A stretch of DNA of 64,000 nt, taken from contig NW_027117344.1 of NCBI RefSeq assembly GCF_038025025.1, positions 310,001 to 374,000 of the forward strand, in the 5' to 3' direction. The notes under the pieces are model-generated. The model did no database searches. It saw only the letters and a program-made list of their open reading frames with translations, and was not told where the DNA came from. The stretch's first letter is position 1; each line of letters begins with the position of its first letter. The position numbers and the translations under genes are program-made. This document shows, piece after piece, positions 58,633 through 64,000 of this stretch. This stretch comes from Phyllosticta citribraziliensis. Taxonomy: Eukaryota.

Positions 58633-60945
58633 TTAACCGTCAGTCAGCACCCTCGTCCAGTCAAACTTCCGCCACTTCTTCCTGAAGCCATCCACGCGCC
58701 TGTCATTCCTATGCCACCGGCCCTGCCTCTTGATGACATCCGGGCCCAAATCCAACATGCCACCGAGCAGCTCTCGCGCAAACAAGTCGCCCTTGGGCCA
58801 GCGGTTTGCATCTTCGACAATGTGGCCCAGCCCGCCATCCAGGTCAAACCAGGCGTGGAAGTAGGGCATCTGCTTGGCAATGCTGCGGCGGAAAGCCATG
58901 CGGCCCATGCCCTCGCGAGCCTTTTGCTGCGTGTTGATCAGCTTCTTGTGCTGTGTCCACTCCTCATCGGCCGCGAGAATGGCTTCGCGGAAGAAGGCTG
59001 GCGCTGTTTCGCCGAGGGAGTATGGGATGGGGACGGCCATCATGGCTGCGTGTCGCTTGCGTTCTGGCGTTGCTGCATTTTCGTAAAAGACCACGTCGCG
59101 GCCCTGGTCGTGGTACATGCGAGTGAGGGATTTCATAAAATTCTACCGTCATTGTCAGGAGTATTCGAATAGCTTGACTGACATGACTTACCCGTATTTC
59201 CTCCCATTCATCGTCATCGCACTCCAAGAGGTTGAAGCGATGCTGGATAGGAACGATGCACGCACCGCCTTCGCTAATCTCTGGCTCAGTGGGCAGCGTC
59301 AAGAAGACTCTGGTACCAAGAGAGACTACAGGAGCCACGGGTGGCGTTTCCGAGTCTTCGTGGTGACAGAGCGGACAACTGTCCAGAATGCGATTCATCT
59401 TTTGGAAATCTTCGATGGCGACATTCCGGAGGTTAACGCCTGACTTTTGAACGTGCTTGGCAAGCTTGTTGGCGTTTTCATCCATGTAATCCAAGTCGTC
59501 TGTGAACTTGGTGTCTTTTGCAATGCGTTCAGCCAGCCGGTAGCCCTCTCCTCCCGTTTGTCCTTTGGTCCTCTTTTCTTGTCGGACCATGTCCTCGATG
59601 CTCATATCTTCGTTTTCCTTGACCAGACCTCTTTCCCTGCCCCTCTTATTGGTAAGCTCTGTGACTTCGCCCTTCCTGCTGGCTAGAAGACGATTTTCGG
59701 CGGCACCCAGCACAACGACTTCTGGCTCCTTGCGGTTGGCGGCAGCAGCAATGGCCTCATTGTACTCAGCTTCAATAGAAGCGGCTTCTGGTGCTCCTCT
59801 GAGCTTCGCCTTCATCATCTTGGCCTTGAGCTTGTTGAGAGCTGTCTGATCCAATACAGCAGTTGTAGCAGGGGCCGGCTTTTCCTCCATGATTTGTCCT
59901 TGAGGCAGATCTGGTGCATCTTGGTCTTCTTCTTCATGAGCGCTGCGCCTTCGAATCCCAGCATTAAGTTTTCGCTCTTGGAAGAGCTCTCCGCTAGGTT
60001 TCTCCTTTCCAACGTAGTCTGGTCCATACATTTTGCGCCGATCAAGCTCATTTTCTTCTTCTCGAGCGTCATCAAAGTCTCTCAGACTTCCAAACCTATC
60101 CGAGGCAACTTCATCAACTGGACGGCCAGATTCCTTGGCTTCCCGGTACACATTCTTGAGCTTCGACATTCGCCATTGAGAGCCATTGTCACCAAAAGTG
60201 TAGCTGACTTCATGCTGCGCAGGCTCATCCTCCGGGACATGTTCCTCGACACCCTCTTCGAGATCCCGCAGGTGCTGGTTGAGTTCTTTTTCATGAATCT
60301 TCAGCTCGAAGTCTTTCTTTGTAGCCTTATTGTCCGGCTCGGGCTCTTTCCTCCTATTAACGTAATCCACATCCAAAGCGGAGGGAGCTTCCATCCACGA
60401 GTCGCGCTTTAAGTCTGCACCTTCAACACTAGGCTTGTCGACGGCATCCTCTGTTGGTTTGTCCCCATCGCCCTGTTCTGCCCAACGCGCGTATTCTTCA
60501 TCCTCGTCCGCAGCCGGCGACTTGGATCGGTCTTTTTCACTGCGGTGGCGTCTAGAGGAGCGATTCTCACGGTCGCGCTCGTCATCCCGGGAATGTCTCG
60601 AAGATCGATGTCTGCTCTCCTTGTGTCGCGAGGATCGGTGTTCATGCTCAAGATCGTCGTCCCTCTCGCGCCGGGAGCGCTTATGCCTATGGCTCGATTC
60701 GTCTTCGTCTTCTCTCGAGCGATGGTGCCTGGAAGAGTGATGGTGGTGGCGATGACTCCTCTCATCATCCTGTTGCAAGTCAGCGTGTGCTACACAGAAC
60801 AATCCAGCTGGGTTGGAGGGTTGGTGACGAATTGAATTACCTTGTCGCGGCGCTCTCTATCGCGGCTGCGGCTGCGGTGCCTCTTTTTCTGCGATTCTTG
60901 TGCCTTGCTCTCGGCGAGCTCACGCTCAAAATCTTCGAGAGCCAT
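58633..60945 (-). CDS. cwf19: Cwf19/CwfJ-family pre-mRNA splicing factor (CWF19L2-like)
   Basis: R/S/H-rich N-terminus; TFGDNGSQWRMSKL, CPLCHHED, IVPIQHR..LECDDDEWEEIRNFMKSL, FYENAA, EEWTQH, PYFHAWF..GGLGHIVE, FDWT. Introns 60840-60770 and 59191-59143. Confidence 0.92.
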
Positions 60946-61116
60946 GGTGGTTGTGGAGCTGGTGTTGCGCGGAGGAGACGCGCTCCCCCGCGGCGACATC
61001 ATAGCGCCGAGATTTTCTGACGTCGCTCGTCACTGCACCCCACCTACACAACTTTCTCTCCAAACATCCTCGACGCTACATCTCCGTCGCACGATCAAGC
61101 CAAGTTAGCAGATATC

Positions 61117-62355
61117 ATGGCGACGACATCCTCGGAAAAGCCCGTCACAATCGTCTGTGTCGGCATGGCCGGCAGCGGCAAGACGACCTTCATGCAGCGC
61201 ATCAACAGTCACCTTCACGCGAAAAAAGAGCCTCCATACGTTATCAACCTGGATCCTGCCGTCCGGAATGTACCTTTCGATAGCAACATTGATATTCGCG
61301 ACTCTGTCAACTACAAAGAAGTCATGAAGCAGTACAACTTGGGCCCGAACGGCGGCATCATCACTTCGTTGAACCTTTTCGCAACCAAGGTGGACCAAAT
61401 CCTCGGCCTCCTCGAGAAGCGCACGGCGCCGCCGCCACCGCCGCCTACCAATGCTCAAGGCGAGCCTGTTGCTGCGCCAGCAAAACCCATCAAGCACATC
61501 CTCGTCGATACGCCCGGCCAGATTGAAGTCTTCGTGTGGAGCGCATCCGGCGATATTCTTCTGGGCAGTCTTGCTTCCAGCTTCCCGACCGTCATTGCCT
61601 ACGTTATCGACACGCCTCGCACTACTTCGACAAGCACCTTCATGAGTAACATGCTCTACGCTTGCTCGATCCTCTACAAGACCAAGCTTCCCATGATCCT
61701 GGTGATGAACAAGACCGATGTCCAGGACGCCGAGTTTGCAAAGGAATGGATGACGGACTTCGAGGCCTTCCAGGCAGCTTTGCGAGAGGAAGAGAATGGA
61801 GGCGGATTTGGCGGTGTTGAAGGCGGAGAGGGTCCCATTGGTGGCGGATCAGGCTACATGGGAAGCCTACTCAACAGCATGAGCCTGATGCTGGACGAAT
61901 TCTACCGTCACCTGAGCGTCGTTGGAGTCAGTTCGATGACAGGACAAGGCGTGGACGAATTCTTTGAGGCGGTTCAGGAGAAGGCAGAAGAGTTTGAGAG
62001 GGATTACAAGCCGGAGTTGGAGAGGAGGCGGGAGGAGAGAGAGAAGGAGAAGGTGGCGCGGAGAGGGCAAGAGCTGGACCGGCTGATGAAGGACATGAGT
62101 GTTGGTGGTGCTTCCAACAAGGAACCAACCAAATCCAAGGGCAAGAAGAAGGCGGAACCGGAGACGGTGAGCGATATCGAAGACGAGGAAGACGAAGATA
62201 TGGGGCCGCCGGAAGAGGATTCGGACGAATTCGAGGAGGACGAAGATGACGGTGGACTCCAATCAAGATATCAAAAGGCCCTCAAAGACGACCGAGACGC
62301 GCATGGAGACGACATGAGCTTCGCAAGATACGTCACTCAGGCGTCTATGCGCTAG
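61117..62355 (+). CDS. NPA3: GPN-loop GTPase 1 (Npa3/XAB1)
   Basis: [52 protein letters not shown]; acidic tail. Confidence 0.96.
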   Translation: MATTSSEKPVTIVCVGMAGSGKTTFMQRINSHLHAKKEPPYVINLDPAVRNVPFDSNIDIRDSVNYKEVMKQYNLGPNGGIITSLNLFATKVDQILGLLEKRTAPPPPPPTNAQGEPVAAPAKPIKHILVDTPGQIEVFVWSASGDILLGSLASSFPTVIAYVIDTPRTTSTSTFMSNMLYACSILYKTKLPMILVMNKTDVQDAEFAKEWMTDFEAFQAALREEENGGGFGGVEGGEGPIGGGSGYMGSLLNSMSLMLDEFYRHLSVVGVSSMTGQGVDEFFEAVQEKAEEFERDYKPELERRREEREKEKVARRGQELDRLMKDMSVGGASNKEPTKSKGKKKAEPETVSDIEDEEDEDMGPPEEDSDEFEEDEDDGGLQSRYQKALKDDRDAHGDDMSFARYVTQASMR

Positions 62356-62842
62356 GGACTGAGAATCGGATCACGGCGTTGACGAGAAAATGATGGGTTG
62401 CATGGATCGGAGTTTTGGAAGCTTTGGGTCGGCACAAGTCCACTTAGTATGGATCTCATACAAAACCACTTTCGTGGCCACTAAATTCTAGAGCCTGGTT
62501 ATGGTTCAATATCAAGTTCCGTTCCTTTATGTGAATCTTCGGGTAGTCCTCGGAGACTTGTGGGTTACCTAAAACGGCCTGCTGCTACCCACGATTCGAC
62601 TGCCCAAAATTTAACACCCATAGCCTTGACACTGATGATCATTCAAGTCGTTTCTCGTGCTCCAAAGACGAAGGCCATATTTCGACAATAAGTAGTTCGC
62701 TGAAATTCCCCTCCGCGTCGCCTTGAACCCCGGCTCGCTTACGCTCAAGTCTTGGCGCATCCAAACTCTGGAATTTCGTCCCACGGACCACGGCGCGCGC
62801 GACAACACCACCACGCCCACCGCGATACCCACGTCGACAATC

Positions 62843-63995
62843 ATGGCCGACCTTCTGAAAGATTCGCCGCTCCGCGCGGTGCAGGTTGAGGCCCTCGTGG
62901 TCATGAAGATTATCAAGCACTGCAGCCAGGGCTTCCCTACCGTCGCGACCGGCTCGCTCGTCGGCATGGACGTCAACGGCACCCTCGAAATCACCAACAG
63001 CTTCCCTTTCCCCACCGTCGACGTTCCGGCCCAGGACAACTCCTCTCACGACAATGCCTCCAACGCGGCGGCCGCCGCTCCCCGCGCCAGGGCCAACGTT
63101 GTTTACCAGAACGAGATGATCAAGTTCCTCCGCGAGGTCAATGTCGACGCATCCAACGTTGGCTGGTACACCAGCACCAACATGGGCAACTTTGTCAACC
63201 TCAACACCATCGAAAACCAGTTCTTCTACCAAAAGGAGCTCAACGAGCGGACAGTTGCCCTGGTCCACGACGTCAGCCGGAGCTCCCAGGGCGCTCTGAG
63301 CTTGAGGGCTTTCAGACTGTCGCCTGCTTTCATGCAGTCGTACAAGGAGGGCAAATTCACGACCGAGAGGTGAGCACAAAGAATTTGAGGTCTCAAAGCA
63401 TAGCTAACGTGCTTTTAGTCTCCAGAAGAGCGGCCTCCGCTACCAGGACATTCTGGTCGAACTTCCCCTCACCGTCCACAACTCCCACCTCCTCACCTCG
63501 CTGCTCCACCAGCTTCCCTCGGCTCCTCCCAAGGACGAGCTCAAGTTCCCCTCGAACCTTGCCGAACTCAACACCGACCCCAACAAGCCCCAGGCGCCCC
63601 TTTACCCCAACTTCGACTCTCTTGAGCTCTCCATCGACCCGTTCCTCGAGAAGACCTGCGACCTGCTCCTCGACAGCATCGAGAACCACCACACCGAGCT
63701 CAACAACTACCAGTACTACCAGCGCTCGATGAGCCGCGAGCAGGCCAAGATCACGGCGTGGCAGCAGAAGCGCAAGGCGGAGAACGCGGCGCGGGTCGCG
63801 GCCAAGCAGGCGCCTCTGCCCGAGGACGAGTGGCAGCGCCTCTTCAAGCTGCCGCAGGAGCCGAGCAGGCTCGAGACGCTGCTCAACTCGAGGCAGGTGG
63901 AGCAATACAGCAGGCAGGTGGACGGCTTCACGGCGGCCGTCAGCGCCAAGATGTTTGCCGTCAAGAGCAACCTGCTCCCCGGCGAGCAAATATGA
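62843..63995 (+). CDS. eIF3h: Eukaryotic translation initiation factor 3 subunit H
   Basis: MPN domain [72 protein letters not shown]. Intron 63370-63418. Confidence 0.95.
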
Positions 63996-64000
63996 GAAAA

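Overview
Eukaryotic, filamentous-ascomycete DNA: short spliceosomal introns with CTRAY branch sites, fungal-specific gene families and local RIP-like damage. The gene set and the GC-rich, microsatellite-laden intergenic DNA suggest a Dothideomycete, possibly Botryosphaeriales; this is inference only. Layout: (i) 1-4.6 kb, a fungal transcription factor and a membrane-protein gene split by one in-frame TAG. (ii) 5.0-5.65 kb, an AT-rich degenerate tandem array. (iii) A ~23 kb SSR-rich gene desert holding one Nrg1-like C2H2 factor. (iv) An NmrA-like gene and a PNP-NACHT NLR-like gene with no sensor repeats. (v) A WRKY/GCM1-like zinc-finger gene that can splice in frame into a downstream GST. (vi) Core genes: OLA1/YchF (candidate intronic C/D snoRNA and AUG-less N-terminal extension), a PPPDE peptidase, uS11m, TIM44 and a TcuA-like flavoprotein. 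(vii) An accessory island at ~45-58.6 kb with a same-strand array of an uncharacterised Cys/His zinc-finger family (intact, truncated and RIP-killed copies), a Mutator-like MITE, an SDR and a HET gene. (viii) Core genes Cwf19-like, GPN1/NPA3 and eIF3h. All exon structures were worked out by hand; no database searches were run.
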